Positions 13,657 through 23,982 of a stretch of DNA of 64,000 nucleotides are shown here, in pieces. The number at the start of each line of letters is the position of its first letter. The stretch's first letter is position 1. Position numbers and translations under genes: made by a program. This stretch comes from Centroscyllium fabricii (Eukaryota), in contig JBNRSN020000010.1 in the NCBI GenBank assembly GCA_051313645.2, positions 47,430,001 to 47,494,000 of the forward strand, in the 5' to 3' direction. The notes beneath the pieces were generated by a model. The model was not told where the DNA came from. It saw nothing but the letters and a program-made list of their open reading frames with translations, and searched no databases.

Positions 13657-13740
13657 GGTATATAAAGGACTGTCCCCATCCCCCGCACTATTCTGGGGAC
13701 AGTCAGCTCGGTTGTGTATCTCTAACGTAGTTAATAAAAG
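13657..13740 (+). promoter_or_regulatory. LTR TATA box and poly(A) signal of copy 2
   Basis: TATATAAAG at about 13659-13667; AATAAA at 13733-13738. Confidence 0.7.
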
Positions 13741-13811
13741 CCTGATTATTATAACCTACTATTCGACTCCGAAGACGTTATTGACGGTTACAATTTTATT
13801 AACTACTTGAA

Positions 13812-16800
13812 ATGGATACTTCAATGTTGAAACCATCAGTGTTCGAGGTTGACCCCCGATCGCCTGGAGCATCAAACGCTTTCTCACACTGGCGAAATGT
13901 ACTGGAAGGATACATTAGAGCCAACGCAGCGGACATAATGACCGAGGAGCAAAAACGACGGCTCCTCCACGCCCGGGTGGGCCCGCAAGTATACTCGATG
14001 ATAGTGGACGCCTCATCATTCCAAGAAGCCCTCAGGACCCTCGACGGGGAATACAATCGGGCGCCAAACAGAGTCCACGCGAGGCACATACTGGCCACCC
14101 GAAAACAACAGGACCACGAATCAAGTGTGCAGTTTCTAAGAGCCCTCAGAACCCTGGCACGGGACTGTGACTGCAGAGCGCAAACGGCCCTAGTACATAT
14201 GGAGAGTCTTATCAGGGATGCCTATGTAACAGGCCTAAAATCGGACTATGCTAGACAAAGACTGCTAGAACAGAATGGCCAGGACTTACAGGCCACTATC
14301 GATTTGGGACACGCGCTAGATAGCGCCTCTACGGATTTATCATCCTATTCTACCAACTACACGGGCCCAGCCCCGCAATCTTGGACAGTACGGGCGCAAA
14401 GACCGTCAGAGGAACTTCTCACAGCGGCCCACGCTAAAGCGAAATGTTACTTCTGTGGTCAACCACAGCATCTAAGACGCAGCTGCCCCGCCAGAGAAGC
14501 GATCTGCTCCAAGTGCGACAAAAAGGGACACTATGCAAAGGTCTGCAAAGGCCCATATGTTAAATCAAGACTGGGCAGCGCTGCCTGTGGAACAAGGGAA
14601 CAGCAGGCTCGCCCATCCCCCACCCAGCAGCACTCAAGGCAGCAGCAGCACCCATCCCCCACTCAACAGTACAGCACATGGCGGCAGCCATCCCAGGAAA
14701 CTGACCTGGAGGACTACTCTCCGGATCAAAATAACTACTCTCCGGACCAAGATAACTACTCTCCGGATCAAGACTTTGGGGAGGACCCGGTACTAGCATC
14801 CATGAGCCTAGACCAGAAGACAATCCAGCCACTGGGGAGATCAATGATGCCGGTGGAAGTTAACGGTGAAGAGGTGGTGTGCCTGTTCGACAGCGGGAGC
14901 ACAGTAAGTTTTGTCCATAAGAATACTGTTAAGCGCCTCTCTCTTAAAGTAATCCCTGCGCGCCAGAGAATATCCATGGCGTCAAAGTCAGAATCCGCTG
15001 ACGTCACCGGGCGCTGTAGTGTAACTCTAAACGTAAAGGGGGCAATCTTTAACAAGTTTAGTTTTTACGTGCTGCCGCAGCTCTGCGCCCCCCTACTCCT
15101 GGGACTGGATTTCCAGTGCCACCTTCAGAGCGTTACGATGGCTTTCGGTGGACCCCTCCCTCCCCTCACGGTCACAAACCGCGGCTCAAAGCGGCATCCC
15201 CAGTATACTACCTGCGGCCTCTCAACCCTTAAGGTTGCCCCTCCATCCCTCTTTGCTAACCTCACCCCAGACTGTAAGCCCGTCGCCACCAAGAGTAGGC
15301 GCTACAGTGCTGGGGACAGGGCATTTATAAAATCCGAGGTGCAGCGCCTCCTAAAAGAAGGGGTCATAGAGGCCAGCAATAGCCCTTGGAGAGCACAGGT
15401 AGTCGTGGTGAAAACCGGGGAGAAGAATAGGATGGTAGTGGATTACAGCCAGACCATAAACCAGTTCACCCAGTTAGATGCCTACCCCCTCCCCCGGATA
15501 GCAGACATGGTGAACCAAATCGCACAGTTTAAAGTATTTTCAACCATCGACCTAAAATCTGCCTATCACCAGCTTCCCATCCGCCCACAGGACCGTCTGT
15601 ATACTGCTTTCGAGGCTGACGGCCGCCTCTACCACTTCCTTAGGGTGCCGTTCGGAGTCACGAACGGGGTCTCGGTCTTCCAAAGGGAGATGGACCGAAT
15701 GGTTGATCGGTACGGGCTGCGAGCGACCTTCCCGTACCTCGATAATGTGACCATCTGCGGCCATGACCAGCAGGACCATGACACCAACCTCCAAAAATTT
15801 CTCCACACCGCCAAAACCCTGAACCTCACGTATAATAAGGAGAAATGTGTGTTTAACACCGGCCGCCTCGCCATCCTCGGCAACGTGGTGGAAAATGGAG
15901 TCATCGGTCCAGACCCGGACCGCATGCGCCCCCTCATGGAGCTTCCCCTCCCCCACTCCCCCAAATCTCTTAAACGGATTTTGGGATTCTTCGCTTATTA
16001 TGCCCAGTGGGTCCCCAATTATGCGGACAAAGCTCGCCCACTATTAAAATCAACCTCTTTCCCACTTTCTGCAGAAGCCAACTCGGCATTCTGCAGAATT
16101 AAAAAGGACATAGCCAAAGCCACGATGCACGCGGTGGATGAGTCCGTCCCATTCCAAGTGGAAAGTGATGCATCTGACTTTGCCCTGGCCGCCACCCTTA
16201 ACCAGGCGGGCAGACCTGTGGCCTTCTTTTCACGTACCCTCCAAGGCCCAGAAACCCGCCATTCCTCAATCGAAAAGGAGGCCCAAGCAATTGTTGAAGC
16301 AGTGCGGCATTGGAAGCACTACCTGGCCGGAAAGCGTTTTACCCTGCTGACTGACCAACGCTCAGTCGCTTTCATGTTCAACAACAAAGAGCGGGGTAAG
16401 ATCAAGAACGACAAAATATTAAGGTGGAGAATTGAACTATCAGCGTTCAATTATGATATTTTGTATCGGCCCGGGAAATTTAACGAACCCCCAGATGCCC
16501 TATCCCGCGGTACCTGTGCCAGCGCACAGGCTGACCGTCTCCAAACCCTTCACAACGACCTCTGCCACCCGGGGGTCACCAGGTTGGTTCACTTCGTGAA
16601 GTCCCGCAACCTCCCCTACTCCATCGAAGAAGTCAAGACCATGACTAGCAACTGCCAGGTCTGCGCGGAGTGCAAGCCGCACTTCTACCGGCCCGACCGG
16701 GCGCACTTAATCAAGGCCACCCGCCCCTTTGAACGACTCAGCGTCGATTTTAAAGGGCCCCTTCCCTCAGCCAACAGGAACGTCTATTTCCTCAACGTTA

Positions 16801-17834
16801 TAGATGAGTACTCCCGTTTCCCCTTCGCCATCCCCTGCCAGGACATGACCTCCGCCACTGTTATCAAAGCCCTCAGTAGCATCTTCTCCCTGTTCGGGTA
16901 CCCGAACTATATCCATAGTGACCGGGGGGCCTCTTTTATGAGCGACGAGCTGCGTCAGTTTCTGCTAGCAAAAGGCATTGCAACTAGCAGGACTACCAGC
17001 TACAACCCCCGGGGGAACGGGCAGGTAGAGAGAGAGAACGCCACGGTCTGGAAAGCCATCCAGTTAGCCCTAAAGTCAAAAGACCTCCCAGTCACCCGAT
17101 GGCAGGACGTTCTCCCTGAAGCACTCCACTCTATCCGGTCCCTATTGTGTACTGCCACTAACGCCACCCCTCACGAAAGACTTTTTGCCTTCCCCAGGAA
17201 GTCAGCTTCCGGGACCTCGCTACCATCGTGGCTGCTATCTCCGGGACCGGTCCTGCTGCGGAAGCATGTGAGGGGACACAAGGCAGATCCCCTAGTCGAA
17301 CGGGTCCACCTCCTGCACGCCAATCCCCAGTACGCTTACATAACGTACCCCGACGGGAGGGAGGACACCGTGTCCATAAAGGACCTAGCCCCAGCAGGGA
17401 TCCCCAAAACCAGCCCGGCCAGGCAGCCCGAGCTCCCAAAACCCCCTGTGACGCCCCCCGAGCCAACGAAGTCGAAGTACACGCTCCGACACGTGGGCCC
17501 AGTACCCCAGTATGTCCACAAGGCACCTGTGCGCAGCACGACCCAGCCCCAAGCCTGGATCCACAATGCGCTCCCCCTAGAGCCAGAGGACGAAAGAGAG
17601 AGCGCGCCCCCTGCTGTCGAAATAAGGGCATCACCGCCACCCGGAAGTGACATAACCACCACCAGCCAACCAGCAGAAAAGGAACAACCGACGCAACCAG
17701 CCACTCCACGACAACGAACACCACAGGCACCGCCAGCACGGCAAGCCACTCCACGACAACGAACACCACAGGCACCACCAGCGCTGCGAAGATCAGCGCG
17801 GACAACGAAACCGCCTGAAAGACTAAACATATAG
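13812..17834 (+). CDS. Single-ORF Gag-Pol polyprotein (1340 aa): Gag with two CCHC knuckles, protease, RT, RNase H, integrase
   Basis: CYFCGQPQHLRRSC and CSKCDKKGHYAKVC; LFDSGS; IDLKSAYHQ, PFGVTNG, YLDN; DASDF / EKEA / TDQ / DALSR; HHCC plus D-D-E (VDFKG, HSDRG, NGQVER). Confidence 0.97.
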   Translation: MDTSMLKPSVFEVDPRSPGASNAFSHWRNVLEGYIRANAADIMTEEQKRRLLHARVGPQVYSMIVDASSFQEALRTLDGEYNRAPNRVHARHILATRKQQDHESSVQFLRALRTLARDCDCRAQTALVHMESLIRDAYVTGLKSDYARQRLLEQNGQDLQATIDLGHALDSASTDLSSYSTNYTGPAPQSWTVRAQRPSEELLTAAHAKAKCYFCGQPQHLRRSCPAREAICSKCDKKGHYAKVCKGPYVKSRLGSAACGTREQQARPSPTQQHSRQQQHPSPTQQYSTWRQPSQETDLEDYSPDQNNYSPDQDNYSPDQDFGEDPVLASMSLDQKTIQPLGRSMMPVEVNGEEVVCLFDSGSTVSFVHKNTVKRLSLKVIPARQRISMASKSESADVTGRCSVTLNVKGAIFNKFSFYVLPQLCAPLLLGLDFQCHLQSVTMAFGGPLPPLTVTNRGSKRHPQYTTCGLSTLKVAPPSLFANLTPDCKPVATKSRRYSAGDRAFIKSEVQRLLKEGVIEASNSPWRAQVVVVKTGEKNRMVVDYSQTINQFTQLDAYPLPRIADMVNQIAQFKVFSTIDLKSAYHQLPIRPQDRLYTAFEADGRLYHFLRVPFGVTNGVSVFQREMDRMVDRYGLRATFPYLDNVTICGHDQQDHDTNLQKFLHTAKTLNLTYNKEKCVFNTGRLAILGNVVENGVIGPDPDRMRPLMELPLPHSPKSLKRILGFFAYYAQWVPNYADKARPLLKSTSFPLSAEANSAFCRIKKDIAKATMHAVDESVPFQVESDASDFALAATLNQAGRPVAFFSRTLQGPETRHSSIEKEAQAIVEAVRHWKHYLAGKRFTLLTDQRSVAFMFNNKERGKIKNDKILRWRIELSAFNYDILYRPGKFNEPPDALSRGTCASAQADRLQTLHNDLCHPGVTRLVHFVKSRNLPYSIEEVKTMTSNCQVCAECKPHFYRPDRAHLIKATRPFERLSVDFKGPLPSANRNVYFLNVIDEYSRFPFAIPCQDMTSATVIKALSSIFSLFGYPNYIHSDRGASFMSDELRQFLLAKGIATSRTTSYNPRGNGQVERENATVWKAIQLALKSKDLPVTRWQDVLPEALHSIRSLLCTATNATPHERLFAFPRKSASGTSLPSWLLSPGPVLLRKHVRGHKADPLVERVHLLHANPQYAYITYPDGREDTVSIKDLAPAGIPKTSPARQPELPKPPVTPPEPTKSKYTLRHVGPVPQYVHKAPVRSTTQPQAWIHNALPLEPEDERESAPPAVEIRASPPPGSDITTTSQPAEKEQPTQPATPRQRTPQAPPARQATPRQRTPQAPPALRRSARTTKPPERLNI

Positions 17835-18714
17835 TCAAAAGAACATTAATTGTATATATTTCGTTAATGAGCACCGTGTAATTAGTTGTTTTTTCTTTTT
17901 CCTTTTTGTACCCCCCGTGTGTTGTTCACCCCACCGTACTTTGGTTTTTAAAGAAGGGGTGAATGTGATAAACTGTATATCACTGTAATACCATGTAACA
18001 CCTGTATAGCACTGTAATACCATGTAACACCTGTATGAGATCCCAGGGACATACCTGGCGCCGCCCATGACTCCTCCCCCACTGGAGGAGGTATATAAAG
18101 GACTGTCCCCATCCCCCGCACTATTCTGGGGACAGTCAGCTCGGTTGTGTATCTCTAACGTAGTTAATAAAAGCCTGATTATTATAACCTACTATTCGAC
18201 TCCGAAGACGTTATTGACGGTTACAGGTATTGCTAAAATTGTGATTTTAGAAATTTTCCCTCGATGTGTCCGTTTCTTCCACCCGTTAAGTGTAAAACTC
18301 TAGTGCATCCATAGCGATTTTTTCTGTATAATACTGTTTATCTTGTAGTCTTAGCACCTGTTAATAAACATTGGTTTTCCTTGCACCAATCCACTGGTCT
18401 GTTCATTTGTCCTTATTACCGCTCGATAAGCCCTGAGGTCAGATCAGGAAGGGGAAAAGCGATTCGAAACCGCACAGCGGGCAGGGCAGCTCAGGAAAAT
18501 ATAACTGGCTGACCTACAGTAAGCCCCTGACACAAAACCCCCTACAATTGGGAGCCTGATTTAAAATTCACTGCTGCCGTGCGAGTTTCCCAGAGGTCAG
18601 AAAACTTGGCAGTGAAAGGGAGATACCGGCTCCACAAGGTAAGTGCCTTTTCCAGCACTCCTTGTGGGCCTGGAAGAACAGGAGTGCACTCCCCGGGCCC
18701 TCAAGGAAGCCTGT

Positions 18715-19339
18715 GAAAGGTCGGTCATCCCTGACAAACCTGATTGAATTTTTTGAGGTGACTAAAGTAGTGGACAGGGGAATATCGATGGATGTTATTT
18801 ACAGGGACTTCCAGAAGGTATTTGATAAAGTCCCACATAAGAGACTGTTAGCTAAAGTTGAAGCTCATAAAATTCAAGGCAAATTATTGACCCGATTAAG
18901 AAATCAACTGAGCAGCAGGAGACAGAGAGTAGGGATAATGGGCAGGTACTCAAACTGGCAGAACATGATTTGTGGTGTCCCGCAGGGATCGGTTTTGGGA
19001 CCTCAACTATTCACAGTATTTATTAATGACTTAGATGATGGAATAGAACGCCATATATCCACATTTTTCCGATGACACAAAGATAGGCGGCATTGTGGAC
19101 AGTATAGATAAAAGCATAAAATTACAATGGGATATCAATAAATTAAGTGAATGGGCAAAACTTTGACAATTGGATTTCAATATAAGCAAATGTGAGGTCA
19201 TCCATTTTGGACCTAAAAAGGATAGAGCAGGGTACTTTCTAAATGGTGAAAAGCTAAAAACTGTGGAGGTCCAAAAAGACTTGGGGTCCAGGTACATAGA
19301 CCATTAAAATGTCATTAACAGGTACAGAAAATAATCAAA
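18715..19339 (+). mobile_element. Old CR1 RT fragment
   Basis: LTNLIEFF, DFQKVFDKVPH, GVPQGSVLGP in ORF 18662-19075. Confidence 0.85.
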
Positions 19340-19711
19340 GGGGGCCAAAACTCATTAGGACAACATTACAAACAAAAACTTTGCTGACAAGGCCAGAAGT
19401 GCCTGCTTTTAAATAGCGCTCCCCCAGCCCCTTCCTGACTTGAAAACGTTCGCCCCTAATGGCAGGCGCTAAGGCAGGGGGCGCAACTCAATATCCGGTC
19501 TGGGGTGCTACCGGGGTGTTGCACGTTTGACTGACGTCACAATCTGCGGGCGCAGGAGATCATGACGGTAGCTTTTAGCACCTCTGCAAAATGACTGGTC
19601 AATTTTGCAAGTGGCGTTAAAATTGCCGTGCTCGGACACTCAGTTTCTAGCATCCCGTTAGTGCCTCCGGGGGCGCTAATGGGAGACGCTAACCAAACTA
19701 ATTTTTCCCCC
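19340..19711. mobile_element. Degenerate Harbinger-type MITE
   Basis: GGGGG...CCCCC termini and GGCGCTA/TAGCGC motifs as in the other Harbinger elements here. Confidence 0.45.
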
Positions 19712-19837
19712 TTAATCTTTTCTCCCGCTGACTCAGTGAGTTTATCCAATGGGTAGCTGATTGGGTAGGAGTGTCCCAGGATTGATCCCTGCTCTGTACT
19801 AAGTTAACTGATCTCAGCTAATGCACTAGATTGGGGC

Positions 19838-20000
19838 AGGAGTTAGATATATTTCTTAAGGCTAAAGGGATCAAGAGATATGGGGAGAAGGCAGGGACAG
19901 GGTACTGAGTTTGGATGATCAGCCATGATCGCATTGAATGGCGGAGCAGGCTCGAGGGGCCGAATGGCCTACTCCTGCTCCTATCTTCTATGTTTCTATG
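19838..20000 (+). mobile_element. CR1 3' tail fragment
   Basis: GGAGCAGGCTCGAGGGGCCGAATGGCCTACTCCTGCTCC hairpin plus TTCTATG tail. Confidence 0.8.
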
Positions 20001-21857
20001 GAACAGCAGGAATGGGGCCGAGGTTGGAACAGCAGGAATGGGGCCGGGGCTGGAATAGCAGGAACGGGGCCTGGGGTCATTTCAAAAACAATTAAATGCA
20101 GCAATGGCGGGAGTGTACGGTTGGTCTGGTTGGATGGGCCAAATAGCCTTCCTCATCCATATGTATCTTGTGAGCAACAACAGTTATAGGCACTCTCCCG
20201 TCAATGGTAGCACAGGCTGGATTCAAAATAAAGCTCCCCCACTCCGCTCCAACAACATACCTTGACACCATCACACAGCTCTACAGCATCGTAGAATTTC
20301 CATTCCTACAAAAGCCATCCTCTCTGAGTTAAGTTGTCAATTTTGTACTGAATGTTTTGGGTTATGAGTTTTTGCCCACCAGGTACTGGAGTGCAACTCC
20401 TGAAATTCACTTCACTTACAGCTGCCAGAGACAGTCTGGGTTGGATTGACGCCTAGAGGTGAAAGGACATTGTTCTAAACCACCGAGTTGGGCTAAGCAA
20501 TTTTATTCACTTTAATAAAAGAGCAGAGCATAGTTTGACATCAACTACTGCTTTGATATTTTCTACCAAATGAAGCATTTAATTTATCAGCTTTAATTTT
20601 CCCATCAGGATCCTGATGTCCTGCAACATGTCCTCACTGGGCCTATGATTCGTCCTACATTCATATTCAGGATTCATCTGTTCACTTTTGATTAGCACTG
20701 TGTGATTGTCAGATTAATTTCCTCAACAAATTGGATCACACTTTTCTGCAGACAATCTGCTTGTCACTTAAAAGAGCATGTTTTAGACTGAAAACCAGTC
20801 AGTTCTTGATGTGGAATTTTATCTGCCTTACACAGCAGCATATTGTAATTATAGTAATATACTGACATGTACACATGCTTTTTGATTCAAGTCTTTTATT
20901 CTAAGACCAGAGAACCTCAAACAACTTTGCACAAGAAGTAGGAATGCCAGCCTCAAAATAGTTTGGTTCCTCTCTTTGTTGTGACTCTTGTTTGTTTCTT
21001 TTATCCTGTTAATTTTTATTATCCCATTCCCTTGTTTCTCACCATGGGCTCGATTTTGCCAAGCATGAGGAGGCGGGATAGGCCCTTGAGGCCCTTAGCA
21101 GCTCCTTAATTGCCTCTGTTATCCCATTTTGAGAGGCCTTTCCGATTTTTAGACATTTTCCCCATCCTCCACGCCTTTCTGGAACAGGCCAGGTAATCCT
21201 GGCGGTCTCACAATTGGATTGCTTACTAACAGCTGCAGCTCCACCATTACAAAGGAGTTTTCACCAGGTGGCAGAACTTTGTTATCTCAGGTCTGGGCAA
21301 GCTTTTAGCAGGCCTACTAATTGTTGTGCAAGTTTGGAGTCAGACACCCATCTCCAGTGTCACCTCCTGGGAAACCCCTCTCCCCACCTTGACTGAGCGC
21401 TTCCTCAACTGAGGCAGATACCAGAAGCATGACGGACATTTAATTCCTTTCCTCCTGGACATCAGATTCGGATGAAGACCAGCCGTGGCACCAGCAGAAG
21501 CCTGATCAACAGCAGCACCAACAGCAGGAGCATCAACAGGAGCGCCAAGCTGCTGGTCACCCACCTGAAGCTGCACAGGCCAGAAGGTGCCAGCGCATGA
21601 CAACATTGCTGCCCGGGATGCAAGGGACGCACTCATCTTGGCCAGATTTGCTTAGCCTGCACAATCAAACACTTTTGTCTCACCCCTTCTTACCGGAGCA
21701 TCCACAATGGACAAGAACCTGCGGATTCCTATCACTCTGACTACCATACTGACAATTGCAAGGCGCCCTAAGCCCTCAATGTGAGAGTCCCATTTGCGAA
21801 ATGACACAGGCCACAACTCCAATAGTTTTTGCCATCAAATCTGTTTACAATACAATG

Positions 21858-22147
21858 ACAGCATGGTGGCATAGTGGTTAGCACTGTTGCCTCACAGCGC
21901 CAGGGTTCACATCGGGCCTCGGGTGACGATCTGTGTAGAGTTTGCACATTCTCCCCGTGTCTGCGTGGGTTTCCTCCCACAGTCCAAAGATGTGCGGGTT
22001 AGGTTGATTGGCCATGATAAATTGACCCTTAGTGTTAGGGCGATTGAATATGTGGGGTTACGGGGATAGGGTGGGATATGTGTCGGTGCAGGCTCGTTGG
22101 GTCGAAATGGCCTCTATCTGCACTGTAGGGATTCTATGATTCTATGA
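21858..22147 (+). mobile_element. HE1-type V-SINE (tRNA-derived head, CR1/HER1-type tail)
   Basis: A-box-like TGGCATAGTGG, V-domain GAGTTTGCACATTCTCCCCGTGTCTGCGTGGGTTTCCTCC...CCCACAGTCCAAAGATGTGC, (ATTCTATG)n tail. Confidence 0.85.
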
Positions 22148-22735
22148 CAATGATGGCTGGTCCAAATACATTACATCACAGCACCCAAGTGACTACCCTA
22201 GTGACTTCTTGTACTTTATCTTCCTCTTACGTGTGCTCCTATGTGGAGCTTCCCCAGTGGCTTCAGCAGATGTGGAGGCCCCTTGCTCACTTTCTTGCTG
22301 CTCCTGTCTCGATGCCTTTGGCGGCCATCCTCTGGGGTGGCGAACCTGTGTGGGCTCGCCAACAGTCTGCTGCTCCTGTGGCTGTGCAGGGACTGAGATA
22401 CCCATCTCAGAGGTCTCTGGTGGGGCTCTGACTGAGGGCTCTGCAGTGGCATGGTTATGTGAGCGCTTGGAGAGGTGCCCCCACTTCTTTGTTGTCTGCC
22501 ACCAACATCCCTCTCATGGGTCAGCCCCACCTCGGAGCTAGCAAGTGGCTTGACAGTACCTTGCTGAACTTCAGGGGGGGGTCATGAGGACTCATTTCTG
22601 CACTGGAAGTCCTACTCCAGAGGACTTCCATGAATGTCTGACTCCAGAGGACTTCCATGAATGTCTGGTTTGTATGTTCATTAGCTGACCATCGCTCCTC
22701 AAGAGATGTCAGTCTAGTCTGAACAGTTACCGAGA

Positions 22736-23545
22736 GGGGAATTTTTTAAAAGCTGTGGGAAGCTGGCGGGTTTTGGCTGGGTCAGTTTTCTGTCCTGCCC
22801 GTCCAAGGACCTGGGAGGCCCGAGCGATTTTGGCTCAAGTGGCCAATTAAATCCCCGCCGAACTGTCAGGCTTCCAATACACACTAATGGGCGAGAGCAA
22901 AGCCCTTTACATTCACAGTTTGAGTTGGGCGGACTGTTGATTGACAGGCCTGAGTAGTAAGAACTCACTAAGCTTGATTGACAGATCTGAAGTGTTGCCT
23001 TTGTTCCTATGTTTACATAGCCGTGTGAGTCGGACTTTGAAAGAACCACTTGAAACCACAAAACAAACAGTTGAAGTGAGTCAGTGTTTGTTTGTGGTTT
23101 CAATGGAATGTAAACAGAAACTGATCCCCTGGGTGATTGACAGCTTGCTTCACAGACACAGCGCTGCAGCGCGATGTCTGTTAAATAGGAGCATGGTGGA
23201 GGCTAGCAAACTGCTGTGTGGGTGCTGTGCCCATGCCTTGAAGGTAGTAGACACCCAGCCGCCTGGGTTCCCACCACCTTTTTCACAGCGGGTTTTCACC
23301 AGGCGGGGTTTGGGTGGGAAGAGGGCTAAAATAGCTGAGGGCCCTTAAAATAGGATTAGCCATCCAATTAAGGGCCCTCAATGACCTCAATCTGTATCCC
23401 CGCCGGCGGCGGGCGGGAAACATGCGGGGTGGCAAAACCTGCCTGACGAAAATCCCAAATGGGTGGGGATCCGGCGGGGTGCCTTCCCGCCCGCCGGATT
23501 GGAATTTTTGAAACTGACCCGCCAGAAACCTCCTAAAATTTCCCC
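22736..23545. mobile_element. Probable Harbinger-type MITE
   Basis: GGGGAATTTT / AAAATTTCCCC termini; TSD not preserved. Confidence 0.4.
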
Positions 23546-23982
23546 GCATGTTTTCCATACTCTTGCGACTAAGCTCCTCCAAGGCCGTAGCCATCCTCTC
23601 CTTTACCGTAGTCAGCCTTACCACGGAGTTAGCCATGCTTTCCACTGAGGTTGCCATGCTTTCTGCGGTGATGCGTTCATGTGCCAATGCCTCCACAAAG
23701 GCTCTGCTTTGCGATGGACTCCTCCATTCGCTCCACCCTCGCAGTGACCCTGGAGACAAAACCTGCCAGAGACACCTGCACCTGTTCCTGGAGTTCCAGC
23801 ACCGCCCTCCTTCTGGATGGACCTGGAGGCAGAGGCTCAACATGCAGCTGAGCCGAGCTGGGGAGTCCTGCGCCCTCTGACGAGAACTCTCCCCTGCTGT
23901 CCCTGTCTCCACCATCTGCTGATGTTCACTTGTGAGCTGTGATACACCAGGTGCCAACATTATTCTATCTCGCGAAGGTCCC

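Larger units (their letters stand above)
13531..18225 (+). mobile_element. Full-length intact Ty3/Gypsy LTR retrotransposon, Mag-like, copy 2
   Basis: 262-bp LTRs 13531-13792 and 17964-18225, identical by eye; TSD GGTAT (13526-13530 / 18226-18230); PPT AAGAAGGGGTGAA. Confidence 0.98.

Noticed and set aside
17158-17874. Long antisense ORFs over Gypsy and CR1 coding regions, as candidate env or accessory genes
   Set aside because: Shadow ORFs of GC-rich coding strands; not conserved between copies and no recognisable domains.
13028-18470. Flanks of copy 2 (13028-13530 and 18231-18470) look like an older LTR with AATAAA
   Set aside because: Could not define termini or a TSD; left unannotated.
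20001-20075. Three tandem units of about 24 bp (GGAACAGCAGGAATGGGGCCG)
   Set aside because: Short degenerate minisatellite with no supporting context.
21858-21930. tRNA-like sequence
   Set aside because: It is the SINE head, followed by the V-domain and LINE tail; not a tRNA gene.
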